From: Patescibacteria group bacterium
GTDB lineage: Bacteria > Patescibacteriota > Minisyncoccia > UBA6257 > UBA9933
Reading direction: 5' to 3'
Assembly (NCBI GenBank): GCA_030017615.1
Contig: JASEIG010000003.1
Coordinates: 1 to 60,772 of the forward strand
DNA: 60,772 nucleotides
In this document: positions 5,982 through 15,877 of the stretch, piece by piece
Layout of the letters: every line of letters begins with the position of its first letter
How positions within the stretch are numbered: position 1 is the first letter of the stretch
Translations under genes and position numbers: made by a program
The notes under the pieces: generated by a model
Seen by the model: only the letters and a program-made list of their open reading frames with translations
The model's database searches: none
What the model was told of the DNA's origin: nothing

Positions 5982-8666
5982 ATGATGCAACAACTTTTAT
6001 GGCACACCAAAACAATTCCAGAGATTCTCAATACGCTCCACTCGCATGAACACGGCTTAACTAAAAAAGAAGCGAAGTACCGCCTTAGAGAATACGGCCC
6101 CAATAAATTGCCGGAAGGCAAGGTAGACAGCTTGTCCATTATTTTTTTTCGCCAATTCCAAAGCCCGTTGATCTATATCCTTCTTGCGGCAAGCCTGATT
6201 GTTTTTGCGATGAAAGAAGTGATTGACGGCGGCATTATTCTTTTTGTTCTTTTATTCAACGCCGTTGTTGGGACGATTCAAGAAGGAAAAGCTCAAAACA
6301 CCCTTTTGGTGTTGAAGAAATTCGTGGAGACAAATGCCACCGTGCTTCGAGATGACAAAGAGCTTATCATCCCCGATTCAGAAGTGATACCGGGAGATGT
6401 TCTTGTATTACTGGAAGGCGATAAGGTGCCGGCTGACGGTAGAATCGTTATTTCTCATAATCTCAAGATAGATGAAGCGTCTTTGACCGGTGAATCTGAA
6501 CCGATGCATAAAATCGCCGAAGTTTTAAAACAACCTGATCTTCCGACTGCGGAGCAGAAAAACATGGTTTTCAAAGGCACGCATATTGTTGCCGGAAGCG
6601 GCAAAGCAGTTGTGGTGGGCACCGGGCTTAACACCACTGTCGGCAAGATCGCCAAAGAAATCGCGGCGATTGACACGGAAATACCGCTGAAAGCCAATAT
6701 CCGTTATCTCTCGCGTCTTATTATCGTCGCTGTCGCAAGTATCAGCGTCTTGCTCTTCTCGCTCGGCATTGTGCTTGGAAAATCTTTCAAGGAAATGTTT
6801 ACTACGGTGGTTTCCCTTTCAGTTTCTATTATTCCCGAAGGATTACCTATTGTAGTTACGCTTGTGCTCGCCACAGGTGTGTGGAGAATGTCAAAGCGCA
6901 ATGCGCTTGTGAAGAAATTGCAAGCGGTTGAAGCCTTGGGACAAGCGCGCGTAATTGCGGTGGACAAAACTGGAACTATTACCAAAAACGAACTCGTGAT
7001 TCAACGAGTATATGTTGACGGCAATTTTTTTGAAATAGGCGGTGTTGGCTATGAACCAAAAGGAGATATTCATCTTGGAGAGAACATTATTGATCCCCTC
7101 AATCATTCTGAACTTCTTTTTGCCGGCAAAATTGCCGCTTTCTGCGCCAATGCCCATGCCGCCTATTATCCAGAAAATAAAAAGTGGCAAGTATTTGGCG
7201 ATCCCACCGAAGCGGCGCTTGCGGTATTTTCCGAAAAAATAGGTTTTCGCAAAGATGACTTAGAGCGCGAATCTCCCAAAATAGCGGAAGTCCCGTTTGA
7301 TTACAAAACAAAATATCATGTAACCGCGCATAGCGTTGACGGACAAGTGTTACTCACTGTAGTCGGCGCGCCAGAAGGTGTGCTGGGATTATCTTCAAAA
7401 AGATGGGGACAAAATGCTCTTCATCAGCTTTCTAAAAAAGACAAAGAGAATCTGGAGTCCCTATTCTTGGAGATGTCGCAAGAAGGACTCCGCGTATTGG
7501 CTCTGGCAATTAAAGAGAACGCGCCAAAAATCATCGGCCAAGAAGACATTCGCGATCTTGCTTTTGTCGGGTTTGTGGGCATGAAAGACGCGCTCCGCCC
7601 GGAAGTTAAAGACGTAATGCAAAGAGCGGCTTCAGCCAGTATTCGTGTAGTTATGATTACCGGAGATCATAAACTTACCGCTCAAGCCATCGCCAAAGAA
7701 GCAGAAATATATCGCGACGGAGACGAAACGCTTACAGGTTTTGACATCGATTCGATTTCTGATGAAGAGCTGTCTCAAAAACTTGACAAGGTTTCTGTGT
7801 TCGCGAGGGTAACGCCGGAACATAAACTACGCATCATCAATGCCTACCGCAGACGGGGCGAGGTGGTGGCTATGACTGGAGACGGCGTGAATGACGCGCC
7901 GTCGCTTGTGGCGGCGGACCTCGGCGTGGCGATGGGAAAAATTGGCACCGAAGTCGCCAAAGAAGCCTCTGATATCGTGCTCTTGGATGATAACTTCGGA
8001 AACATTGTTTCAGCGGTGGAAGAAGGCCGAAGCATTTACAAAACGATCAAAAAAGTCATCCTCTACTTATTTTCAACGAGTGTTGGCGAAGTGCTCACTA
8101 TTGCCGGAGCATTGTTTCTTGGCTATCCACTCCCTATTTTGGCGGCGCAAATTATCTGGCTAAACTTTGTCACCGACGGATTCCTGGATGTGGCGCTTGC
8201 CATGGAGCCAAAAGAAGAAGGGTTGTTGCGAGGCAATTTTGAACGGCCGAAAAAGTATCTTGTTGACAAACTCATGGCGCAACGGATGTTTGTAATGGCT
8301 GTTCCGATGATGATCGGGACCCTATTCCTTTTCAAAGATTATTATGAAATCGATTTAGTAAAGGCTTGGACGATGTCGTTGACGACACTCGCGGTATTTC
8401 AGTGGTTTAACGCCTGGAACTGCCGGCATGAATCAAAATCCATATTCCAGATGAATCCATTTTCCAATAAATTCTTGGTCGGAGCGACCGCGATTATCGT
8501 CTTTTTGCAGATGCTTGCGATTTATAATCCCCTCATGCAAAAAATCCTCCATACCGCAGAGATTTCGCTCTCCGAATGGATGCTTATTATTCCCGTGGCG
8601 GCCTCCATTGTTCTTGTCGAGGAAATAAGAAAATTCTTTTATCGAAGAAAAGTTACGACATTATAA
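5982..8666 (+). CDS. Cation-transporting P-type ATPase (P2, Ca2+-ATPase-like)
   Basis: DKTGTITKN phosphorylation site, MITGDHKLTA, TGDGVNDAPSL hinge, N-terminal cation_ATPase_N-like segment, about 10 TM segments. Confidence 0.9.
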   Translation: MMQQLLWHTKTIPEILNTLHSHEHGLTKKEAKYRLREYGPNKLPEGKVDSLSIIFFRQFQSPLIYILLAASLIVFAMKEVIDGGIILFVLLFNAVVGTIQEGKAQNTLLVLKKFVETNATVLRDDKELIIPDSEVIPGDVLVLLEGDKVPADGRIVISHNLKIDEASLTGESEPMHKIAEVLKQPDLPTAEQKNMVFKGTHIVAGSGKAVVVGTGLNTTVGKIAKEIAAIDTEIPLKANIRYLSRLIIVAVASISVLLFSLGIVLGKSFKEMFTTVVSLSVSIIPEGLPIVVTLVLATGVWRMSKRNALVKKLQAVEALGQARVIAVDKTGTITKNELVIQRVYVDGNFFEIGGVGYEPKGDIHLGENIIDPLNHSELLFAGKIAAFCANAHAAYYPENKKWQVFGDPTEAALAVFSEKIGFRKDDLERESPKIAEVPFDYKTKYHVTAHSVDGQVLLTVVGAPEGVLGLSSKRWGQNALHQLSKKDKENLESLFLEMSQEGLRVLALAIKENAPKIIGQEDIRDLAFVGFVGMKDALRPEVKDVMQRAASASIRVVMITGDHKLTAQAIAKEAEIYRDGDETLTGFDIDSISDEELSQKLDKVSVFARVTPEHKLRIINAYRRRGEVVAMTGDGVNDAPSLVAADLGVAMGKIGTEVAKEASDIVLLDDNFGNIVSAVEEGRSIYKTIKKVILYLFSTSVGEVLTIAGALFLGYPLPILAAQIIWLNFVTDGFLDVALAMEPKEEGLLRGNFERPKKYLVDKLMAQRMFVMAVPMMIGTLFLFKDYYEIDLVKAWTMSLTTLAVFQWFNAWNCRHESKSIFQMNPFSNKFLVGATAIIVFLQMLAIYNPLMQKILHTAEISLSEWMLIIPVAASIVLVEEIRKFFYRRKVTTL

Positions 8667-8698
8667 AAAAGTTATTATTCAGGATACAATAAAATAAT

Positions 8699-9751
8699 AT
8701 GAACGACCGAAAACCACAATTGTATTTTTTGCTAGCCATTCTTGCGGGAACTTTTGTTCTGGTTTTTTTTATCTTTCGCCCCTTTTTCTATGCGCTCGCC
8801 TTAGCAATGGTTTTTGCGACCGTGTTGCAACCCGTCTATCAAAAAATAGTAGGGTTTACTCGCGGACGGCAAGGACTAGCGGCGCTAGCCACCATTTTCG
8901 TTGTTGTCGCCTTTATTTTCACCCCCCTTATATTTTTAGGAATACAAATCTTTCAAGAAGCCCAACAACTTTACTCTTTTCTCGCAGGAGGCGATGGGAA
9001 AAACACCGTTCTCAATGTTCTTAATATCCTCAATGATTTACTTAATAGCTTTCAAAATTACTTTCCCGCCACCCAAGAATTTTCCTTAAATATTGATCAA
9101 TATCTTAAACAGGGGCTAAATTGGCTACTCCAGCATCTCGGTTCTGTATTCGGGAGCTTTGCAAAAATGGCAATGAGTTCCTTTCTATTCCTTTTCACTC
9201 TTTATTATCTGCTAAAAGATGGGCAGAAATTAAAAGCGGCTATTATCGTCTTAAGCCCTCTCTCGGACGCTGATGACGAAATAATTTCTCAAAAACTAAG
9301 GATGGCGATTGACTCGGTTATGAAGGGAAATCTTTTAATCGCGCTCATTCAAGGAGTGTTGACCTCGGTGGGGTTTTCTATTTTCGGAGTTCCCAATGCG
9401 GCATTGTGGGGTAGCATTGCGACAATAGCCGCGCTAATCCCCGGTATTGGAACGATTTTAGTCCTCCTCCCGGCTATTCTATTCCTTTTCCTTAGCGGAA
9501 AAATGCTTTCTGCGGTCGGCCTTCTTTTTTGGGGAGTGACGGCGGTGGGGCTCATTGATAATTTTTTGGGCCCCAAGCTTGTTGGACGCGGCATGCAACT
9601 TCATCCTTTAATCATTCTACTATCGACCCTTGGCGGTATTGGATTTTTCGGTCCCATCGGTTTCTTGTTGGGACCGCTTACCATAAGCCTGCTTTTTGCC
9701 CTTTTGGGTATTTATTCCTCTTTGATAATAAAAGAAAAATCTGTAATGTAA
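8699..9751 (+). CDS. AI-2E family transporter (PerM/UPF0118)
   Basis: Polytopic membrane protein with the family-typical GLIDNFLGPKLVG segment. Confidence 0.75.
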   Translation: MNDRKPQLYFLLAILAGTFVLVFFIFRPFFYALALAMVFATVLQPVYQKIVGFTRGRQGLAALATIFVVVAFIFTPLIFLGIQIFQEAQQLYSFLAGGDGKNTVLNVLNILNDLLNSFQNYFPATQEFSLNIDQYLKQGLNWLLQHLGSVFGSFAKMAMSSFLFLFTLYYLLKDGQKLKAAIIVLSPLSDADDEIISQKLRMAIDSVMKGNLLIALIQGVLTSVGFSIFGVPNAALWGSIATIAALIPGIGTILVLLPAILFLFLSGKMLSAVGLLFWGVTAVGLIDNFLGPKLVGRGMQLHPLIILLSTLGGIGFFGPIGFLLGPLTISLLFALLGIYSSLIIKEKSVM

Positions 9752-9755
9752 ATCT

Positions 9756-9926
9756 ATGGTTAAAAAAACAATCGGCATTCTTTTAATCATTATCGGCCTG
9801 CTGGCTCTGGTTACGCCCTTTACGCCTGGTTCTTGGTTAATTTTCGTTGGCTTGGAATTTATTGGAATTCGAATACTATTTTGGGATAAAATAAAATTGT
9901 GGTTTCAAAAACATACTCCCCGATAA
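9756..9926 (+). CDS. Small membrane protein (PGPGW-like), below the ORF-track cutoff
   Basis: ATG at 9756, 56 aa: MVKKTIGILLIIIGLLALVTPFTPGSWLIFVGLEFIGIRILFWDKIKLWFQKHTPR. Two hydrophobic helices around a PGSW turn. Confidence 0.45.
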   Translation: MVKKTIGILLIIIGLLALVTPFTPGSWLIFVGLEFIGIRILFWDKIKLWFQKHTPR

Positions 9927-10140
9927 ACAAAGTAAAATCAAAAGAATTGTTTTTATCGCCGCCATTATTGTAAAAAACAGAAAATTCTTTTAAAATTCTC
10001 TTAATGCCCGGTAATATTGTCTTAATTTTATCGTCAAAGCGATAAGAGTCGCCGGGCAAGCTAACACTGTTAAAATAATTAATCCGCTTTAAACGGAAAT
10101 TAAGTTAAAATCTTAATTCATTAAAGCGATATTATCGGAA

Positions 10141-11154
10141 ATGGAAAGAAGGGGAATAGAAATTTCATGGACTTCGTTATGGCGGATTTTTTTAATCCTG
10201 ATTCTTGTAGTCGGTCTTTATTACACGCGATATATTTTAGTCGTTCTCGCTCTCGCCATAGTGATATCGTCTGCTCTTGACACGCCTTTAAATTTTCTTG
10301 AGAGAAAAAGAATTCCGAGATTGTTGGGAATCATTTTTATATTTATTGCGTTTATTTCCATATTGTTTTTCTTGTTATACACCGTGATTCCCATAACGAT
10401 TATTGAATTCAAGGACCTGTTTAATAATTTGGATAAAATTGAATCGTCTTTGGGAGGATTTTTTGGGATATCTAAAATCACCGAAAAAATTGAAATCAGC
10501 TTAAACGACGTAAGCAGTGCGATTTTCAGCGGCGAATTTTCCATCATAAATCTTTTGCCGAAAGTTTTTGAAAATGCCGTTTTGCTTGTTGCCACGATTG
10601 TAATTTCTTTTTATATGGCTCTGTATAGAAACGGAATTGAAAATTTTTTAAAAGCTATTTTGCCGCTTTCTTATGAACACCAATTTATTGATATATTTCA
10701 CAGGTCAAGAAGAAAAATAGGAAAATGGCTTGAGGGTCAGATATTGCTCAGTCTTATAATCGGCGTTGGAACCGCCATCGGGTTAAAATTATTGGGAGTG
10801 AATTACGGTCTTGTTCTCGGAGTGCTTGCGGGAATTTTTGAAATCATTCCGTTTATCGGACCTGTTGTGGCGGGAGGTCTGGCTTTCTTAGTCGCCGCTT
10901 CTCAATCTCTGATGTTGGGAGTTTACGTCATAATATTTTTTGTTGTTCTTCAACAAATTGAAGCCCACATACTTGTTCCGGTTGTTATGAAAAAAACCAC
11001 CGGAATCCATCCGGTTATTGTTGTTCTTTCTATTTTGGCGGGATCTCAAATAGCCGGATTTATTGGAGCTATTTTAGCAATACCTTTTGTGGTTGTTATC
11101 GGCGAATTTGTTGAAGATTACGCCGCCAGAAAATACCGCCAGCCAACCCTGTAA
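10141..11154 (+). CDS. AI-2E family transporter (second paralogue)
   Basis: Polytopic; VLQQIEAHILVPVVMKK matches the family signature region. Confidence 0.75.
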   Translation: MERRGIEISWTSLWRIFLILILVVGLYYTRYILVVLALAIVISSALDTPLNFLERKRIPRLLGIIFIFIAFISILFFLLYTVIPITIIEFKDLFNNLDKIESSLGGFFGISKITEKIEISLNDVSSAIFSGEFSIINLLPKVFENAVLLVATIVISFYMALYRNGIENFLKAILPLSYEHQFIDIFHRSRRKIGKWLEGQILLSLIIGVGTAIGLKLLGVNYGLVLGVLAGIFEIIPFIGPVVAGGLAFLVAASQSLMLGVYVIIFFVVLQQIEAHILVPVVMKKTTGIHPVIVVLSILAGSQIAGFIGAILAIPFVVVIGEFVEDYAARKYRQPTL

Positions 11155-11156
11155 AA

Positions 11157-12620
11157 ATGGATAAATCTTACATTACAACGTCAATCGCGTACGCGAACGC
11201 TTCGCCGCACATCGGTTTTGCTCTTGAAAGCGTGCAAGCTGATGTTGTTGCCAGATATCGCCGCCAAAAAAACGGCGAAGTGTTTTTTTTGACTGGAACC
11301 GATGAGCACGGAACGAAAATTTATCGGGCCGCGCACGAAAAAAATCTTCCGCCGCAAAAATTCGTTGATGAAATTGCGGACGAATTTAAAAATCTTAAAA
11401 ATATTTTAAATTTGGATTGGGATGGTTTCATTCGCACGACCGACAAAGAAAATCATTGGCCGGCTGTTGAAAAAATATGGAAAAAATTGCGGGAAAACGG
11501 CGACATAGAAAAAAGAATATTTAAAGGATTATATTGTGTCGGATGCGAAGATTTTATCACAGAAAAAGATTTAGTTGACGGAAAATGCCCCATTCACCAA
11601 AAAGAACCGGAAGTTATCGAAGAAGAAAATTATTTTTTCAAACTTTCTAAATACGCCGAAGAATTAAAATCGCGAATTAAAAAGGATAAATTAAAAATAA
11701 TTCCGGAAACAAGAAAAAATGAAACACTCGCTTTTTTAAAAGAAAGATTAAGGGATGTAAGCGTTTCGCGTTCAAGAGATAAACTGCCATGGGGGATTCC
11801 GGTCCCCGGAGACGAAAGTCAGGTTATTTATGTATGGATAGACGCGCTGATTAATTATTTATCGGGTCTTGGTTATCCCGAATCGGACAATTTTAAAAAA
11901 TTTTGGTCGGAAAATTCCGAAATCATGCACTTTATCGGAAAAGATATTTTTAGATTTCACACAATAATCTGGCCCGCGATACTTTTGTCGGTTAACCTTC
12001 CTTTGCCTAAAAAAATTTTCGTTCATGGATTTATAACCGTAAATGGGCAAAAGATATCCAAATCTGACGGTAATGTTGTTGATCCGAAAAATTTAGTCGG
12101 AAAATACGGAACCGATGCGGTTCGTTACTTCTTGCTTCGCGAAATTTCTCCTTTTGAAGACGGAGATTTCAGCAAGGAAAAATTCAGAGAAAGATATAAC
12201 GGCGAACTTGCCAATGGGTTGGGAAATTTTGCGGCTCGGGTGCTAACCCTCGCCTCGCGCAACGCTAATCTACAGATACATAACAATACTATAAATGAAG
12301 AAATAAAAGAAAAAATAGATTTTACGGAAAAAATAACAGAGCAGAAAATCAATGAATTTAAATTTAATGAAGCTCTTTCCGTAATTTGGGATTTGATTAA
12401 ATACGGAGACAATTATGTCAACCAAACCAAGCTCTGGGAAAATACTGAAAATAAATCAGCTGAAATCGCCAATCTGATCTTTCTTCTGCAAGCGGTCAGC
12501 CAGATGATATTGCCTTTTCTTCCGGAAACCTCAGAAAAAATATCAAAAAACATCAAAATTTCGGGAGATAATTTGGAAGTTTCCAAACCTGAAAATCTTT
12601 TCCCTCGTTTTAACGAATAG
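11157..12620 (+). CDS. metG: Methionine--tRNA ligase (short form)
   Basis: Class I motifs SPHIGF (HIGH) and KISKS (KMSKS), Zn-knuckle CVGCEDF...CPIH. Confidence 0.9.
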   Translation: MDKSYITTSIAYANASPHIGFALESVQADVVARYRRQKNGEVFFLTGTDEHGTKIYRAAHEKNLPPQKFVDEIADEFKNLKNILNLDWDGFIRTTDKENHWPAVEKIWKKLRENGDIEKRIFKGLYCVGCEDFITEKDLVDGKCPIHQKEPEVIEEENYFFKLSKYAEELKSRIKKDKLKIIPETRKNETLAFLKERLRDVSVSRSRDKLPWGIPVPGDESQVIYVWIDALINYLSGLGYPESDNFKKFWSENSEIMHFIGKDIFRFHTIIWPAILLSVNLPLPKKIFVHGFITVNGQKISKSDGNVVDPKNLVGKYGTDAVRYFLLREISPFEDGDFSKEKFRERYNGELANGLGNFAARVLTLASRNANLQIHNNTINEEIKEKIDFTEKITEQKINEFKFNEALSVIWDLIKYGDNYVNQTKLWENTENKSAEIANLIFLLQAVSQMILPFLPETSEKISKNIKISGDNLEVSKPENLFPRFNE

Positions 12621-12643
12621 TCAGGCCCATAATACTTACTATA

Positions 12644-13429
12644 ATGCCTAAATTGATTGACGCGCATATTCATGTTCAATTTCCGCAATTTAATAAAGAT
12701 CGCGATGAAATCATAAAAAGGGCTTTTGATAACGAAATTTGGATAATAAATGCCGGAGCTGACTATAAATCGTCCGTAAAAGCCGTTGAACTTTCTCAAA
12801 AATATCCAAACGGCGTTTTTGCTACTGTTGGCCGGCACCCGACGGCAAAAGAAACTTATGATTTCCAATATAACAAGTTTTTAAATTTGGCAGAAAATAA
12901 AAAAGTCGTGGCTATCGGCGAATGCGGTCTTGATTACTACTATAATCCGCAGACTAACGCTGAAAATATTGAAAATCAAAAAAGATTATTTATAGAACAT
13001 ATAAAATTGGCAAAAGAAGTAAAAAAACCTCTAATGATTCATTGCAGAGAAGCATTTCCCGATTTAATCAAAATCCTAATTGCTAATTACCAATTACTAA
13101 TTGCCGATCGTCCCGGTATTTTCCATTTTTTCACCGGCGCTTTAAATGATGCGAAGAAACTTTTAGAAATGGGATTTTATTTTACTTTTGGCGGTTTAAT
13201 CACTTTCAATCGTGAATTTGATGAAATAATAAAACATATTCCGATGGACAGGATTTTAACCGAAACCGACGCGCCTTATGTCGCGCCCGCTCCTTATCGG
13301 GGACAAAGAAACGAGCCGGCTTATGTGATTGAAGTTGCAAAAAAAATGGCAGAAATAAAAAACATTTCTTTTGAAGAAATTGCCAAAATCACCATTGAAA
13401 ACGCCAAGCGAATTTTTAATATTTTCTGA
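12644..13429 (+). CDS. TatD-family metal-dependent hydrolase
   Basis: DAHIHV start, GECGLDY, HCR, HFFTG and ETDAPY motifs. Confidence 0.85.
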   Translation: MPKLIDAHIHVQFPQFNKDRDEIIKRAFDNEIWIINAGADYKSSVKAVELSQKYPNGVFATVGRHPTAKETYDFQYNKFLNLAENKKVVAIGECGLDYYYNPQTNAENIENQKRLFIEHIKLAKEVKKPLMIHCREAFPDLIKILIANYQLLIADRPGIFHFFTGALNDAKKLLEMGFYFTFGGLITFNREFDEIIKHIPMDRILTETDAPYVAPAPYRGQRNEPAYVIEVAKKMAEIKNISFEEIAKITIENAKRIFNIF

Positions 13430-13468
13430 CAGGGTTCACAAAACGCATTTTATAAGCTAATATTTTTT

Positions 13469-13765
13469 ATGGCTTTAATAGACCAAAAAACTATCAAATA
13501 TCTTGCCGGTTTGGCTCGAATTGAAATCAAGCCCGAAGAAGAAACCAAACTTAAAAAAGATTTGGAGGAAATTTTGCGATATTTTGAACAGCTTGAAGAA
13601 GTTGATACCGAAGGAATTAAGCCGATGACCGGGGGAACTTTACAGAAAAATATTTTTCGGAACGATAAACTGTCTGTTAAACAAAAAAGTAATCCCGAAG
13701 AGCTTATAAAAGCTTTTCCTGATAAAGAAGGAAGATTTCTTAAAATACCGCCTGTTTTTGAATAA
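13469..13765 (+). CDS. gatC: Asp/Glu-tRNA(Asn/Gln) amidotransferase subunit C
   Basis: 98 aa; IKYLAGLARIEIKPEEE...LEEILRYFEQLEEVDT is the typical GatC pattern. Lies upstream of gatA. Confidence 0.85.
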   Translation: MALIDQKTIKYLAGLARIEIKPEEETKLKKDLEEILRYFEQLEEVDTEGIKPMTGGTLQKNIFRNDKLSVKQKSNPEELIKAFPDKEGRFLKIPPVFE

Positions 13766-13803
13766 TTTACTGAAAAATATAAAAATTTATTAATAACGAA
13801 CGG

Positions 13804-13840
13804 TTTTTGCATACTATCGCGCATGTATAGTATGCAAAAA
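13804..13840. other. Perfect 14-bp hairpin between gatC and gatA
   Basis: tttttgcatactat (13804-13817) and atagtatgcaaaaa (13827-13840), 9-nt GC-rich loop cgcgcatgt. No U-tract beyond the stem. Confidence 0.6.
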
Positions 13841-13886
13841 TATCCGAACAATACTCGTTTTTTATCAAAATAAACAAAATTAATTT

Positions 13887-15365
13887 ATGGAATTTATTCA
13901 TAATTTAACCATAAAAAAAATTCATCAAGGTTTAATAAACAGGGAATTTTCTGCCGTCCATATTGTAAATGAATTTTTCAATCATATTGAAAAAAAAGAC
14001 GAAAGCATCGGCGCTTACCTGTATCTCGCCAAAGATGACGCTTATAAGCAAGCAAGCAATGTTGATGCCGTTTTAGAGAATGGCGAAAATGTAAGTTTGT
14101 TGGCGGGGATTCCTTTGGCGATTAAAGACAATATCCTGATAAAAAATTTGCCGGCCACAGCCGCTTCTAAAATTTTGGAAAATTACAATGCGTCTTACGA
14201 TGCCGGTGTGATTTCCAAACTTAAAAAAGCCGGCGCGATTTTTTTAGGCAAAACGAATATGGACGAATTTGCGATGGGCTCGTCCACGGAAAATTCCGCG
14301 TTTAAAACCACAAAAAATCCTTATGATTTAGAAAAAGTTCCGGGCGGTTCATCGGGCGGTTCGGCGGCCGCAGTCGGAGCGAATATGGCGGCCGTGGCTT
14401 TAGGTTCTGACACTGGCGGTTCAATCAGGCAACCCGCCAGTTTTTGCGGAGTTGTCGGATTAAAGCCAACATATGGCGCGGTTTCAAGATCGGGATTAAT
14501 GTCTATGGCTTCCAGCTTGGATCAAATTGGGCCGCTTGCAAAAACAGTTGAAGACGCCGCTGTTTTGTTTCAAGTTATCGGGGGAAAAGACGAATTTGAT
14601 TCAACGAGCGTGGAAATTTTATACGGAGATGAAATCACGAATCCAAAACCGGATGAGATAAAAAAACTAAAAATCGGATTGCCAAAGGAATATTTTATTG
14701 AAGGTTTGGACGACCGCACTAAAACTGAAATCAATCTGGCAATTCAAAAATTAAAAAGCTTGGGGTTTGAAATAAGGGATATCAGTTTACCGCATACGAA
14801 ATATGCGTTATCCGCTTATTATATTATTATGACAGCCGAAGTAAGTTCCAATTTGGCAAGATATGACGGCGTTAGATATGCAAGAATAGCAAACAACAAC
14901 TCCGGCAGAATCGTCGGAACCGACAACTTATTGGATATTTACAAAAAACAAAAAGGAATGGGGTTTGGTCATGAAGCCAGAAGAAGAATTATTTTAGGAA
15001 CTTACGTTTTGTCCGCCGGATATTATGACGCATATTACGCGAAGGCGCAAAAAGTCAGGAATTTAATAAAACAAGATTTTGATAACTCTTTTAAAGAGGT
15101 TGACGTTGTTTTGACTCCCGTTTCTCCGACAACCGCTTTTAAAATTGGCGAAAAAACAAACGATCCTCTGCAAATGTATCTTTCCGATATTTTCACCATT
15201 CCCGTTAATCTTGCCGGCTTGCCGGGCATCTCTATTCCCGTTAGAAAATTTGGAGGATTTAAAGATCTCCCCGTCGGTTTTCAGCTGATCGGGAAACATT
15301 TCAAGGAAGCGGATATTTTAGGCATTGGACAATTATATGAACAACTGGATTCAAAAAATTATTGA
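13887..15365 (+). CDS. gatA: Asp/Glu-tRNA(Asn/Gln) amidotransferase subunit A
   Basis: Amidase signature GGSSGGSAAAV...GSDTGGSIRQPA. Confidence 0.9.
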   Translation: MEFIHNLTIKKIHQGLINREFSAVHIVNEFFNHIEKKDESIGAYLYLAKDDAYKQASNVDAVLENGENVSLLAGIPLAIKDNILIKNLPATAASKILENYNASYDAGVISKLKKAGAIFLGKTNMDEFAMGSSTENSAFKTTKNPYDLEKVPGGSSGGSAAAVGANMAAVALGSDTGGSIRQPASFCGVVGLKPTYGAVSRSGLMSMASSLDQIGPLAKTVEDAAVLFQVIGGKDEFDSTSVEILYGDEITNPKPDEIKKLKIGLPKEYFIEGLDDRTKTEINLAIQKLKSLGFEIRDISLPHTKYALSAYYIIMTAEVSSNLARYDGVRYARIANNNSGRIVGTDNLLDIYKKQKGMGFGHEARRRIILGTYVLSAGYYDAYYAKAQKVRNLIKQDFDNSFKEVDVVLTPVSPTTAFKIGEKTNDPLQMYLSDIFTIPVNLAGLPGISIPVRKFGGFKDLPVGFQLIGKHFKEADILGIGQLYEQLDSKNY

Positions 15366-15858
15366 AGATTGGAATTTAGGATTTGGATATTATTCCAATA
15401 TTCTTCCTGTTTTAAACGTTATAGCTCTGGTTATTTCAGGAATACTGCTTTGGTTTGTTGTTTACCTTTATATTAAACTGGATATTTTAGGAAAAAAAGT
15501 AAGAAAATACGAAGAATTGACGGGGGTGGATGTAATGAAAAAATTTTTAAGGAAAGCGTGGACGGATATCATTAAAAAAATTAACAGCGGCAATGATATT
15601 AAAGCCAAAAACGCTGTCCAAGATGCGGACAAAATTCTGAACGAAGTTTTAAAACTTAACGGATTTATGGGAAAAAATATAAATGAAAGACTTATTCAAT
15701 TAACTGAAAAAACACTTCCTAACTGCAGAGAAGTTATCCACGCGCACAGTTTGTGTGAAAAAGCCAAAGATGAAGATTTTACAGTAACGTCAAGCGAAGC
15801 AAAAAACATCTGTCTTATTTATCAAAAAGCTTTCAAGCATTTTGGTCTTCTAGATTAA
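15325..15858 (+). CDS. Hypothetical single-pass membrane protein
   Basis: One TM (ALVISGILLWFVVYLYI). Overlaps the gatA 3' end; the start may instead be the ATG at 15337. Confidence 0.4.
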   Translation: MDNYMNNWIQKIIEDWNLGFGYYSNILPVLNVIALVISGILLWFVVYLYIKLDILGKKVRKYEELTGVDVMKKFLRKAWTDIIKKINSGNDIKAKNAVQDADKILNEVLKLNGFMGKNINERLIQLTEKTLPNCREVIHAHSLCEKAKDEDFTVTSSEAKNICLIYQKAFKHFGLLD

Positions 15859-15877
15859 AAACGTTAAAAACTGCGAA

